The notes beneath the pieces were generated by a model, which was not told the DNA's origin, did not search any database, and was given only the letters and a program-made list of their open reading frames with translations. A DNA stretch of 64,000 nucleotides from Longimicrobiales bacterium. GTDB taxonomy: Bacteria; Gemmatimonadota; Gemmatimonadetes; Longimicrobiales; Gaopeijiaceae. Within the stretch, counting starts at the first letter, position 1. Each line of letters begins with the position of its first letter. The stretch covers positions 3,327,779-3,391,778 of the forward strand of contig CBDBJS010000002.1 of assembly GCA_965206455.1 (NCBI GenBank). Reading direction: 5' to 3'. Position numbers and translations under genes: made by a program. Below are positions 27,673 to 37,339 of this stretch, piece after piece.

Positions 27673-28272
27673 ATGAAACGTGCCCTTCCCCCGAACGGAC
27701 GGAAAATGACGAAGAGAACGACTTGGCCCGGACTGCTAGCGGCAACCGTGTTGCTGGTAGCGGGCTGCGGCGTGCCCTCCGAGAGCCCGGCGGCGGAGTC
27801 TTCCGTTGCTGTCGTCGAGGTCGGGGCGGCGGCGGACAGACTCATGGCAGAAGCGAACGGGCAGGAATGGTTGAGCTCCGCGGCGGAGGCCGTCCTGGCC
27901 CGGTTCGCAGCGATCGGCGGGGAACGCTCGCGCATGGTGGCGTCCGTGCGGCTTGTGAGCGGCTTTCCCGAGGGTGCTGAGATTCTCAGCATCGGCAACA
28001 GAGGAACGCCGAACGCCTCGCTACGCGACCGTTTGGCGCGGGCGGTCCGCGGGCGGCTGGCCGAACCAAGGCAAGTCCACGGACATATTGAAATCAAGGC
28101 CATTGAGCCCATTGATGGCGGTTGGCGCATCCTGTTTGGCGTGTGGGATCACGGGGCGGGCTTCGTGACTAGCGGGTATTATCAAGTCAAGGTGGGGCGT
28201 GAAACCGGGGTGGTCGTGGTTGGAGAAATTCTCTTCAGCGATACGCACCCGTCCGGGGGTGCGGGAAGTTGA
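27673..28272 (+). CDS. Hypothetical lipoprotein
   Basis: LLAATVLLVAGC lipobox. No family recognised. Confidence 0.55.
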   Translation: MKRALPPNGRKMTKRTTWPGLLAATVLLVAGCGVPSESPAAESSVAVVEVGAAADRLMAEANGQEWLSSAAEAVLARFAAIGGERSRMVASVRLVSGFPEGAEILSIGNRGTPNASLRDRLARAVRGRLAEPRQVHGHIEIKAIEPIDGGWRILFGVWDHGAGFVTSGYYQVKVGRETGVVVVGEILFSDTHPSGGAGS

Positions 28273-28320
28273 ACAGGCCGAGTTGGGAGGCGACCCGCGA
28301 ACCCGTCCGCCAGCGCTCCC

Positions 28321-29580
28321 CTACCCGCGTATCTCCGCGTCGATTCCCTCCTCGCCTTCCCATTTCGCAACGACCGCAGCCGCGCACGAGTCGCTGTAGA
28401 CGTTGACGGCCGTCCGGGCCATGTCGAGGGGCCGGTCGATCGAAAGCATCGCGCCCACAATCAGAAGCGCCTCCGGGTTGTTCCCGATTCCGATCACGTT
28501 GAGGATGATGAAGATCACCACCAGACCGGCGGACGGCACCGCCGCGGCACCGATGGACGCGAGCAGGGCCGTGAACACGACGACGACCTGGGTCATGAAC
28601 CCGATCTCGGCTCCAAGGGCCTGCGCAATGAACAGCGCGCCCGCGCACTCCATGACCGCCGTGCCGTCCATGTTGATGGTGGCGCCCATGGGCAACGTGA
28701 ACGAAGACACGCGATTGGAAACCCCCACCTTCTCTCTCACGGTCTTGAGGGTGACCGGCAGGGTGGCGGCGGAGGAACTCGTGGAGAACGCCACCAACAG
28801 GGGCTCACGCATGTTCATCGCGTGCTTCCACGGAGACACGCGCCCCCAGAAGTACAGCAGAAGCGGCAGCGTGATGAAGAAGTGGATCATGAGGCCCGAA
28901 CCCAGGGTTGCGACGTACTGAAAGAGGTTGCCGAAGGACTGGAGGCCCGTCCCGGCGACCAGCGTGACCATCAGCCCGAAGACACCGATCGGGAGCAGCT
29001 TGATGATGCCCGACGTGAGGGACATCATCGCCTTGAAGAGGGCGTCGACCAGGCCCGTGATCTTGGTGCGGGGACCCTCCGGCAAGGTCGTCACGGCCAC
29101 GCCGAAGAGGATGCAGAAGAAGATGATGCCCAGCATGTCGCCCCCCGAAGCGGCCGAAAAGAAGTTCGTGGGGACGATGTTGAGGATCAGGTCGACGGCC
29201 GAATCGGGGGTCGCGAGCTCCGGGGTCACTACGTCTTGGGGAACCGGGTATCCCCGGCCCGGGTTGATGAGGTTGAAGAGGATCAGCCCGGTGAGCGCGG
29301 CCAGGAAGCTCGACACCATGTAGTAGGAAAGCGTCTTGCCGAACATCCGGCCCACCGTCCGCCCGCCTCCGGCGGACGCCACCCCCGAGATGATGGAGGT
29401 CAACACCAGCGGAACGATGATCATGCGCAGGAGACGCATGAACAGATCACCGAGCCATCCGAAGTATTCCGCGAAGAAGCTCCCGGCCGGAGAATACCCG
29501 ATGCTGATGCCGATGACCATCGCGCTGAGTACCTGCCAATGGAGACGTCTGTACCAGGGGAGGTCGGGGTTGTATTCCAT
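28321..29580 (-). CDS. Dicarboxylate/amino acid:cation symporter (DAACS/GltP family)
   Basis: 419 aa from ATG 29580. LLRMIIVPLVLTSIISGVAS, SSSAATLPV and NMDGTA motifs are typical of DAACS transporters. Confidence 0.9.
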   Translation of the reverse strand: MEYNPDLPWYRRLHWQVLSAMVIGISIGYSPAGSFFAEYFGWLGDLFMRLLRMIIVPLVLTSIISGVASAGGGRTVGRMFGKTLSYYMVSSFLAALTGLILFNLINPGRGYPVPQDVVTPELATPDSAVDLILNIVPTNFFSAASGGDMLGIIFFCILFGVAVTTLPEGPRTKITGLVDALFKAMMSLTSGIIKLLPIGVFGLMVTLVAGTGLQSFGNLFQYVATLGSGLMIHFFITLPLLLYFWGRVSPWKHAMNMREPLLVAFSTSSSAATLPVTLKTVREKVGVSNRVSSFTLPMGATINMDGTAVMECAGALFIAQALGAEIGFMTQVVVVFTALLASIGAAAVPSAGLVVIFIILNVIGIGNNPEALLIVGAMLSIDRPLDMARTAVNVYSDSCAAAVVAKWEGEEGIDAEIRG

Positions 29581-29936
29581 GGGGTCTCTCTTCGGAGGGA
29601 AGGGGTATGGACGGGGGTCCGGAACGGGTTCAAGGTGGTGGCCAGCTGCCGGAGCCGTCAAGTTTGAGTCTCTGTCAGCCAGCGACCGTTGCAATCGTGA
29701 GCCCGGAGGCCCGAGGGAGATGCGGAGGACACGGATGGACGATATAGCGAGGGCGCCAACCGGCAGGGGTGTTACCGGCCCGGTGCTCGTGGTGGCGGCT
29801 CTTCTCGCTGGGGCGGTTGGGGCCGCGATGGGTGCCGCGGGTGTCGCCGCCCCAAACACCGCCGCCGGCCCCCTCACCCCGTTTGTCCGCCATATTTGCC
29901 CGAAAGTGGCGGACAAACCTCATCCGATGTCATCAA

Positions 29937-30799
29937 TTGCCCTCCTCCCGGCCCGGAGAGCGGGCTTGAGGGCCCGGAAAGTAGGCTGCGGGACCCAGCT
30001 TCCCTCCGGCGTGCGGGAGTATGACGCCCCCCGGGTCGCTGCTCCGCCGGCAATCGATGGTGCCCTCGGCGATGCGGCGTGGCTGACCGCTCCCTGGACC
30101 GAGCCGTTCGTCGACATCCGCGGAGAGGACTGGCCCGATCCATCCCGGGCGACCCGTGCCAAGGTCGTCTGGGACGAGGATCACCTCTACATCGCGTCCG
30201 AGCTGGAGGAGCCTCACCTGTGGGCCACACTCGCCGAGAGGGACGCTATCCTTTACCGCGAGCACGACTTCGAGGTCTTCCTCGATCCCGACGGCGACGG
30301 GCTCGACTACTATGAGCTCGAGATCAACGCCCTGGGGACCGAGTTCGACCTCTTCCTTGATCGGCCGTACCGGCGCAAGGGCAAGGCCAACGTGGCGTGG
30401 GACATGGTCAGGCTGCGCACGGCGGTCGGGCTCGACGGGACGCTGAACGACCCGGCTGACGAAGACCGCGGCTGGACGGTGGAGATCGCGATTCCGTGGA
30501 CGGCGCTGCGGCCACCGGGATCCGCGGGGCCGGACACGCCAACGGTCGGTGCCGCGGGCCGGTCCAGCCCCCAGCTCCCCGGCGCTCCACCGAGCCCCGG
30601 TGACAGCTGGCGCGTGAACTTCTCCCGGGTGCAGTGGCCGGTCGAGGTGGTCGCCGGAGGGTATCGCAGGGCACAGGTGCCGACCCGGGAGAACCGTCAC
30701 CCCGAACACAACTGGGTTTGGTCCCCACAGGGCGAAATCGACATGCACATCCCCGAGATGTGGGGGATCGTGCGCTTCACGGAGGGAGCACGCCGCTGA
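29937..30799 (+). CDS. Carbohydrate-binding family 9 (CBM9/DOMON-like) protein
   Basis: IDGALGDAAW...VVWDEDHLYIA...DFEVFLDPDGDGLDYYELEINALGT is the pattern I associate with CBM9-like proteins. Start taken at ATG 29937. Confidence 0.6.
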
Positions 30800-30836
30800 T
30801 GCGTGGGCGGTTTGTCAGGCTGAAGGAGGCTCGCCG

Positions 30837-31922
30837 ATGAGGCGCCGGGACTTCCTCCTCGCCGCGGGGGGCGCCGCCGCACTGGGTGCGCTTCCCGGGT
30901 GCGTCGCCGACACCGGCCAGGCACCCCGGACAGACCCTCCCGCACCCTTCACTCTGTGGACATGGGTCCACGGCAACCGCGACTACGACGCAGCCGAGTG
31001 GGGCCGCCGCTTCGCGCGGCTGCGGGAAGCCGGTTTCGGCGCGGTGCTCGTCGGGGGCGGCGACATCGGCCTGGTGTCGGGCGCCGCCCATGCGGAAGGG
31101 CTCGAGTACCACCGCTGGTTCTGGACAATGAACCGCAACGGCGACGAATGGGTCCGGTCCAACCACCCCGAGTGGTTCACGGTCAGCCGCAACCTCGAAT
31201 CGTCGCTCGACCAGCCGCCCTACGTCGGCTACTACAAGTGGGTCTGTCCGTCGCGCGGGCCCGTGCGGGACTATCTCGGCCAACGCGTTGGCGAGCTGGC
31301 TGCCAACCCGGCCGTCAACGGCGTGCACCTCGACTACGTGCGCCACTGCGACGTGATCCTGCCGCGGGGGCTCTGGGACACCTACGGGCTCGTGCAGGAC
31401 ACCGAGCATCCCGAGTTCGACTTCTGCTACTGCGACGTGTGCCGCGAGGAGTTCGCCGCTCTCGACGGGCGAGACCCGCTGGAGATCCCCGATCCCCCGG
31501 CCGACGAGGCGTGGCGGCGTTTTCGATGGGACAACGTCACCGGCGCGGTGCGGGCCCTGGCCGGCGCGGTGCACGATCACGGCAAGCCGATTTCCGCCGC
31601 TGTCTTCCCGACGCCGACGATCGCGCGACGGCTGGTCCGTCAGGCGTGGGACGAGTGGCCCCTCGACCGCTTCTTTCCGATGCTCTACCACAGCTTCTAC
31701 CTGGAAGACATCGCGTGGATCGGGGAGGGGGTGCGCGAAGGGGTCGGTGCGGCGGGCGGGACGCCGCTGAACGCCGGGCTGTATCTGCCGTCGCTTGATC
31801 CGGCCGGACTGGCCGAGGCGGTTGCGACGGCCCGGGCGGCCGGGGCAGCGGGGGTTTCCACGTTCGAAATGCACGGACTCACCGACGAGCACCTTGTCGC
31901 GTTGCGGGATGTCGTGGGATAG
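30837..31922 (+). CDS. TAT-signal protein, glycoside-hydrolase-like TIM-barrel (family unresolved)
   Basis: MRRRDFLLAAGGAAALG TAT signal. VHLDYVRH and the conserved Cys cluster CYCDVC resemble glycosyl-hydrolase-like family 10 proteins. Weak call. Confidence 0.5.
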   Translation: MRRRDFLLAAGGAAALGALPGCVADTGQAPRTDPPAPFTLWTWVHGNRDYDAAEWGRRFARLREAGFGAVLVGGGDIGLVSGAAHAEGLEYHRWFWTMNRNGDEWVRSNHPEWFTVSRNLESSLDQPPYVGYYKWVCPSRGPVRDYLGQRVGELAANPAVNGVHLDYVRHCDVILPRGLWDTYGLVQDTEHPEFDFCYCDVCREEFAALDGRDPLEIPDPPADEAWRRFRWDNVTGAVRALAGAVHDHGKPISAAVFPTPTIARRLVRQAWDEWPLDRFFPMLYHSFYLEDIAWIGEGVREGVGAAGGTPLNAGLYLPSLDPAGLAEAVATARAAGAAGVSTFEMHGLTDEHLVALRDVVG

Positions 31923-31963
31923 TGTTACGGCCGTTCGCCGCTCCCCCACCCCGAGGTCATGGT

Positions 31964-33526
31964 ATGCCTGGAACCCCCGAAACCAATGCGCGGTGGTTGG
32001 CCGCCGCCCTTCTTGCCCTGACCGCCTGCACTCCCCCCGAGCCCCGGGACGACGGGGCCCTGCGTTTCGCGGTCGCCCGCTTCCAGCACGAGACCTGCAC
32101 CTTCTGCCCGGGCGGCGACACCGAAGTCGAGGACTGGCTGCAGTACAGCGAGCCGTTGTCGGGTGAAGACCTTCTGAGTTCCGGTAGCTACGTCGGCGGC
32201 TTCGTGAAGCGGGCGCTGGAATTCGGGGACGTGGACCTGGTGCCGCTCACCTCGCCGGTCGGGGTCTTCGGCGGATCGTCCAGGAGCTGGAACACCAGGG
32301 AGACGTTCGACCACTTCCTCGACGCGATGATTTCCGACCTGCGCGCGGAGATGCCCGTCGACGGGGTCTACCTGGCCCTGCACGGCGCAATGGCCGTACG
32401 GGACGTCCCCCGCCCCGAGGCCGAGATCGCGCGGCGCTTCCGGGAAGTGGTCGGGCCGGGGGTTCCCATCGCGGGCACCTTCGACCTTCACGGCAACGAG
32501 GACGGCGAATTCCTCGAACACGCCGACTTCGCGTTCGTGACCAAGCGCTACCCCCACTACGACGCCTACATCCAGGGCGAGCGCGCGGCCCGGGCGCTGC
32601 GGCTCGCCTCACTGGGCGAATACGAATCCACCACGGCGACCCGGAAGCCCGGGATCATCACGGCCACCGTCCTGCAGTGGACCGGGCAGTCCCCTTCGAT
32701 GGACATCATGGAGCGGGCCCGGCGGTGGGAGGCGCGGGAAGACGACGCGTACGTGAGCATCTTCTACGGCTATCCCTGGTCCGACGTCCCCGACGTGGGC
32801 TTGACCGTGCACGTCATGACCAACGGCGACCAGGCCCTCGCGGACATGATCGCCGACGACATGGACGACTTCATGTGGCGCGTGCGGGAGGACTTTGCCG
32901 TCGGCGGCCACCCCGGCCCCGAGGAGGCCGCGCGGATCGTTGCGGCGGCGGTCGCGAGCGGCGAGACCCCCGTCGCGGTCGGCGACCACAGCGACCGGCC
33001 CGGCGACGCGACCCACATCCTGGGCGCCTTCGAGGCGGCCGGGATCGGCAACGTGCTGTACGGGACGATCACCTCACCCGCCACCCTGGAGGCGCTCGCG
33101 GCAGCCGGCGCCCGGCCCGGCGACCCCTTCCACATGGAGATCGGCGGCTTCACGCCATCGGGGGGAATGCCCCGGCGCGTCACCGGCACCGTGGAATATT
33201 TCGGCGAAGGCTTCGGCTACGACGCGATCGCCGTGGTCTCGTTCGGCGACGGCAACGTGGTCTTCCTCACCCCGGCCTACGAGCAGGTGCTCTACCCGGA
33301 CGCGTTCCGGATCGGCCCGATCGACCCCGACGACTACGACGTCTTCGTGGTCAAGTCGAGGGTCCACTTCCGGCGCGGCTTCGACGAGACGGGGTATGCG
33401 CGGTCCATCGTGGTCGTGGAGGCACCGGAGCCGTTCGTGGGCACAACCTTCCTGGACGCGCTGCCGTACGAGCATGTGGATCTGGGTGAGCTGTACCCGT
33501 ATGGGGTGCCGGCGGGGAGGCGGTGA
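31964..33526 (+). CDS. M81-family metallopeptidase (MlrC-like), lipoprotein
   Basis: Lipobox LLALTAC. RFAVARFQHETCTF is the N-terminal DUF1485/MlrC signature, and the length fits. Confidence 0.8.
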   Translation: MPGTPETNARWLAAALLALTACTPPEPRDDGALRFAVARFQHETCTFCPGGDTEVEDWLQYSEPLSGEDLLSSGSYVGGFVKRALEFGDVDLVPLTSPVGVFGGSSRSWNTRETFDHFLDAMISDLRAEMPVDGVYLALHGAMAVRDVPRPEAEIARRFREVVGPGVPIAGTFDLHGNEDGEFLEHADFAFVTKRYPHYDAYIQGERAARALRLASLGEYESTTATRKPGIITATVLQWTGQSPSMDIMERARRWEAREDDAYVSIFYGYPWSDVPDVGLTVHVMTNGDQALADMIADDMDDFMWRVREDFAVGGHPGPEEAARIVAAAVASGETPVAVGDHSDRPGDATHILGAFEAAGIGNVLYGTITSPATLEALAAAGARPGDPFHMEIGGFTPSGGMPRRVTGTVEYFGEGFGYDAIAVVSFGDGNVVFLTPAYEQVLYPDAFRIGPIDPDDYDVFVVKSRVHFRRGFDETGYARSIVVVEAPEPFVGTTFLDALPYEHVDLGELYPYGVPAGRR

Positions 33527-33615
33527 GGTGGGGGGGACGGTTGCTGAGATGGTGGCGGCGCTTGCGGCGGCAGCCCCGTGCGGGTAGTGTTGGCGCCCCT
33601 AAACGGAAGAAACCG

Positions 33616-35049
33616 ATGACCCAAGCCCCCAGCGCCAAATCTCTTGTCGAGCGCTTCAAGCTGAAGGAGCGAGGTCGCGAGCGTGGCCGGAGCGACCTGC
33701 CTTCGGAGCATCAGCCCACACTCGATGATGTCGAAACCGATGTAGTGGACTACTGCAACGGTCTCTTCGCGGAAAAGCGGGACGAGTACAGCAAGCACCG
33801 GCCCATCTTCGAGGAAAGAATGAGGCCGCCATCGGAGAGTCGCGGTGCGGACGCGTTGTTGGAACAGGCTTGCAAGGAACTGAAGGATGCTGTAGCGGAG
33901 GAGCGGCCAGATTTGGAAGGCCTGGCACGAGATGCACAACAAGCCATCGGTGAACTCAATCGTTTCAAGCGCGAAGAAGGGAGAACGGCCGACGCGGACT
34001 TCCCTGAGAGCCATCGGCTGCACTATGGGATCCTGGCGGCCTTGTTGGTATTGGAAACGTTGATAAACGGCATCTTCTTTGGGGCGAACGTTGCCGGCGG
34101 GCTCTTCGGAGGCATGAGCTACGCGGTTCTGATCAGCGCCGTCAACGTGTTGGGGCTCGGTTTCCTGGCAGCGACCATGTTCAGGTATGTCCAGCACCGC
34201 GATTCCCGTCGCAAGATCGGCGGGTTGGCGATCCTGGGCGTTGTTGTGGTCGTTGCAGTCTTCTGGAATCTCTTCGTAGCTCACTACCGCGAGGCCCTGG
34301 CGGAGGACTACCCACCCGCGCCCGGGACCGTCACCGCGGAGTCGTCGGCGTCGGAGCAGGAGATAGCCGCCTGCTGGAGGGGGCCCGACGAATCCGAGGC
34401 TGATCAGGAAGCTCTGTGTCTGTTCCGGGCAAGTCCATTTGGATTGGGCGGATTCTACTCGTACATGCTTCTCCTGATCGGACTTGCGATGTGCGCTTTC
34501 GCAGCTTTGGACTGGTTCAAGACGGATGACCCCTACCCAGGCTACGGCAAGAGAGAACGAAACCGAAGGCGGACCGAGGGAGCGCTTTCCGACGACCGGC
34601 GCGAACTTCTGGGCCGGGTCAGGGATATGCATGATGACGCCCTGCGAAGACAGCGCGGCGATTTCGTCGATCCGGTCGACTCCCGGGGCCTCGCCCTGAG
34701 CGCCTTCGACAAGCTTCTAAGGCGACATGGCGACCTTTGCAGCTTTGCCGACGACCTCGAAAAGAGCTGTAGTGGCGCTCTGGATATCTACCGGACGGCC
34801 AACCGCGAGGCCCGGTCCACTCCCGAGCCGCGCCTGTGGCAAGAAACGTGGGTATCCGACTGGCCTCGGCCGGAGCCGCCGAGCAACTCGGATCTCATGA
34901 CCGAGGCGGAAGCCGCGCAGCGCAGCCTCGATGCCCACACAGCCTTGGAGGAACGCGAGAAGAAGCTGCGATCCTGTCACGACGAGTGCCAAACCCTTGT
35001 GAACGACTTCACAAAGCTCGACCCACATGACAAGGCCGTTCCGACATGA
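33616..35049 (+). CDS. Gene A of candidate system: 4-TM protein with N- and C-terminal coiled-coil-like cytoplasmic regions
   Basis: 477 aa from ATG 33616. TM helices are LHYGILAALLVLETLINGIFF, MSYAVLISAVNVLGLGFLAATMF, LAILGVVVVVAVFWNLFVAHY and FYSYMLLLIGLAMCAFAALDWF. A Cys-containing ~50-aa loop lies between TM3 and TM4, and DDPYPGYG follows TM4. No family recognised. Confidence 0.7.
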   Translation: MTQAPSAKSLVERFKLKERGRERGRSDLPSEHQPTLDDVETDVVDYCNGLFAEKRDEYSKHRPIFEERMRPPSESRGADALLEQACKELKDAVAEERPDLEGLARDAQQAIGELNRFKREEGRTADADFPESHRLHYGILAALLVLETLINGIFFGANVAGGLFGGMSYAVLISAVNVLGLGFLAATMFRYVQHRDSRRKIGGLAILGVVVVVAVFWNLFVAHYREALAEDYPPAPGTVTAESSASEQEIAACWRGPDESEADQEALCLFRASPFGLGGFYSYMLLLIGLAMCAFAALDWFKTDDPYPGYGKRERNRRRTEGALSDDRRELLGRVRDMHDDALRRQRGDFVDPVDSRGLALSAFDKLLRRHGDLCSFADDLEKSCSGALDIYRTANREARSTPEPRLWQETWVSDWPRPEPPSNSDLMTEAEAAQRSLDAHTALEEREKKLRSCHDECQTLVNDFTKLDPHDKAVPT

Positions 35050-35864
35050 GCAAGCAATCGCGCCAGCGGGCAAAACAGCGCAAAGACCGGCTCGGCGTCA
35101 TCGTGGGTGGGTTCGCCGTGGCGATACTGGTCGTCCTTTTTCTTTGGGGCCAACGTGGTGGCCGCCGCCTCGATTCCTCAAACTGCCCGGAAGACCGGCG
35201 GTACGCGGCACAGATTGCGATTCTGGTCGATCCATCCGACACCTTGACCAGCGTGCAGGAGGGTTCGGCCGCTCCACGAATCCTGGAAGCCATCGAGCGC
35301 GAGGCGACCGAAACGACCGAGATCCGTGTGTACACCGTGGGTAGAGCGGGCCGAGGCGACACCGCCACCGTGCTGCGCCTCTGCAAGCCATCCCATCCCG
35401 ATAGCGTCTCGTCGTTGACGGGCAATCCCCGGACGGCAGCCAGGCGGTACGACGAGAGTTTCCTAGCTCCTCTGGAAGGGACCTTGGCCGCACTTTTGGA
35501 TGTCGAGGGTGACACCATCTCGCCGATCATGGAGGGTATCCAGGCCGCTGCCGTGAACGCTTTCCGGCCACGCAACACGAACATCCCACGCCAACTCCTG
35601 ATCGTGTCCGACATGATTCAGAATTCCGCCGATCTCTCGTTCTACACGGATCCCATAGGCTTTGGGCCCCTTTCTCGAGACCCCAACTACGGAACGCTCA
35701 GGGTAGATCTCTCGGGTGTCGCCGTCACGGTGTTCCTCTTGGCGCGGCGGGGTGAGGCCGGCCGGATTCAGGCTGGACCCCTGCGCGGCTTCTGGGAGGA
35801 CTATTTCATCGACCAGGGAGCCGAGCAGGGCGCCAGGCCCAGATGGATCAACGTGGAAGGATGA
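35046..35864 (+). CDS. Gene B: N-terminally membrane-anchored vWA-like protein
   Basis: ATGA overlap with gene A (35046-35049). Basic N-terminus plus TM (VIVGGFAVAILVVLFLW). MIDAS-like spacing ILVDPSDTLTS ... GDTISPI ... LLIVSDMIQN. Confidence 0.6.
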   Translation: MSKQSRQRAKQRKDRLGVIVGGFAVAILVVLFLWGQRGGRRLDSSNCPEDRRYAAQIAILVDPSDTLTSVQEGSAAPRILEAIEREATETTEIRVYTVGRAGRGDTATVLRLCKPSHPDSVSSLTGNPRTAARRYDESFLAPLEGTLAALLDVEGDTISPIMEGIQAAAVNAFRPRNTNIPRQLLIVSDMIQNSADLSFYTDPIGFGPLSRDPNYGTLRVDLSGVAVTVFLLARRGEAGRIQAGPLRGFWEDYFIDQGAEQGARPRWINVEG

Positions 35865-37321
35865 ACAGCACGGCCGGACAATTCAGCGCCGCGGCATCCA
35901 GGGAAGCCCGGAAGCAGCACCGGGAGTCATGGCTCATCGTCCTGGGCATCGGCTTTGTGATCATCATCATCGGCAACCTTCTCGGCTTGGGACCCTGGTG
36001 GCTTGCCATCGCGGTCTCCGTTGCGATGGGCGGCTTTGCCTATTCCGTCCGGGATGTCGATGTATCCGGTGACGCCAAGGGCGATTCCATTTACTACCTT
36101 GGCCTGCTTTTTACATTCGTGGCACTCGTCGCGGCACTGATTGCTTTCGATTGGGAGACTTCCGATGCTGCCGGGAGCAGCACATCGGGAGCAATCCGCA
36201 ACTTCGGGATTGCCCTGCTGACCACAATCGTCGGCCTTGCAGGGCGCGTCTGGTTTTCAATGTCTCAGGAGTCGCCAGGCGACATAGCACACACGGCCAA
36301 GTCAGCACTCGAAGAAGCCGTGTCCGCAATGAAGGGGAGCCTCGACCGGGCACGTGACGACCTGGATACGTTGGCCGGCAAGTTCCGGGAGTCGACAAAG
36401 GATCTCGGGAAGACCACCGCCACGATTGCCGCCAGCGCCAAGAAGGCCGCCGAGACCTCCGAGTCTCTGGACAAATGCTCGGCGGAAGTCGCAGGAGCGG
36501 CCAAGGACTTTACTCGCGAAATGGGCGACTTCCGCACTGCCATGGGGGCAGGGGCAGACGCCGCAGCCAGCTTGAAACGATCTCTTGGGGGAATCGGGGA
36601 TCAAACCAAAGTGTTCGGAACACGCTTTGAGACCCTCAGCGAACAAATCGAGCAGATCCACTCCGCTTTTGCCCGAATCAACGGCGTGGCAGGGCCGTCC
36701 GCCGATGCAATCGCCGCCACTTCGCAGGGAGTGTCACACGCAGCTGCCGAGGCATCTTCCCTCGGCAGGACGTTGGCTGGTCTGCGGCACAGCGCCGGGA
36801 AGGCGCGCAAGGCGTTCGACGGAGTCGCCGACTCCGTCGATGCGACCCGTGTGGTGCCCGCCTTGGAAGAGGCTGCAGCTCAGGTTGCCGAAGGAGGCCG
36901 GCATTTTCGGAGCGTCGGTGTACAAGCGGCCGCCACGGACGACGAGTTGGCGGGCTTGGGGGAGTCCGCCAGGAACGCTAAGGACAGCATTGCCTCGGTC
37001 TCGGACACCGCTCGATCGATCCGCGAGCACATGGATGGAGCGCGCAACGACCTCTCGTCCAGCGTCAGTACGGTTCAGAAGCATACGCGAGGCTTGAACG
37101 CGGACCTGGATGCGATGGAGGATCAGTCCGTCAAACTATCCGGCGCTCTTGCGCGTGTTGAGCGGCAGGCACAGCGCTTGTCCGAAGACATTCGCCAAGC
37201 CCGCGCCAGCGGCGTTCCCGGATCGCTGGCGGTGAGCCCCTTCACCTGGATCGCACGTGCATTCCGGCGCGTGGCTCGGGGTCGGAGCCAAGCCGACCCA
37301 ACCTCCCGGCGTAGACGCTGA
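35861..37321 (+). CDS. Gene C: MotA/ExbB/TolQ-like channel protein with ~330-aa Ala-rich helical tail
   Basis: ATGA overlap with gene B (35861-35864). It has 4 TM helices. YLGLLFTFVAL and FGIALLTTIVGLAG lie 37 residues apart, versus GLFGTVWG and ALLATAIGL 35 residues apart in E. coli ExbB as I recall it. A long helical C-terminal region follows. Confidence 0.55.
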   Translation: MNSTAGQFSAAASREARKQHRESWLIVLGIGFVIIIIGNLLGLGPWWLAIAVSVAMGGFAYSVRDVDVSGDAKGDSIYYLGLLFTFVALVAALIAFDWETSDAAGSSTSGAIRNFGIALLTTIVGLAGRVWFSMSQESPGDIAHTAKSALEEAVSAMKGSLDRARDDLDTLAGKFRESTKDLGKTTATIAASAKKAAETSESLDKCSAEVAGAAKDFTREMGDFRTAMGAGADAAASLKRSLGGIGDQTKVFGTRFETLSEQIEQIHSAFARINGVAGPSADAIAATSQGVSHAAAEASSLGRTLAGLRHSAGKARKAFDGVADSVDATRVVPALEEAAAQVAEGGRHFRSVGVQAAATDDELAGLGESARNAKDSIASVSDTARSIREHMDGARNDLSSSVSTVQKHTRGLNADLDAMEDQSVKLSGALARVERQAQRLSEDIRQARASGVPGSLAVSPFTWIARAFRRVARGRSQADPTSRRRR

Positions 37322-37339
37322 CCGGACGGCATTGCGCCC

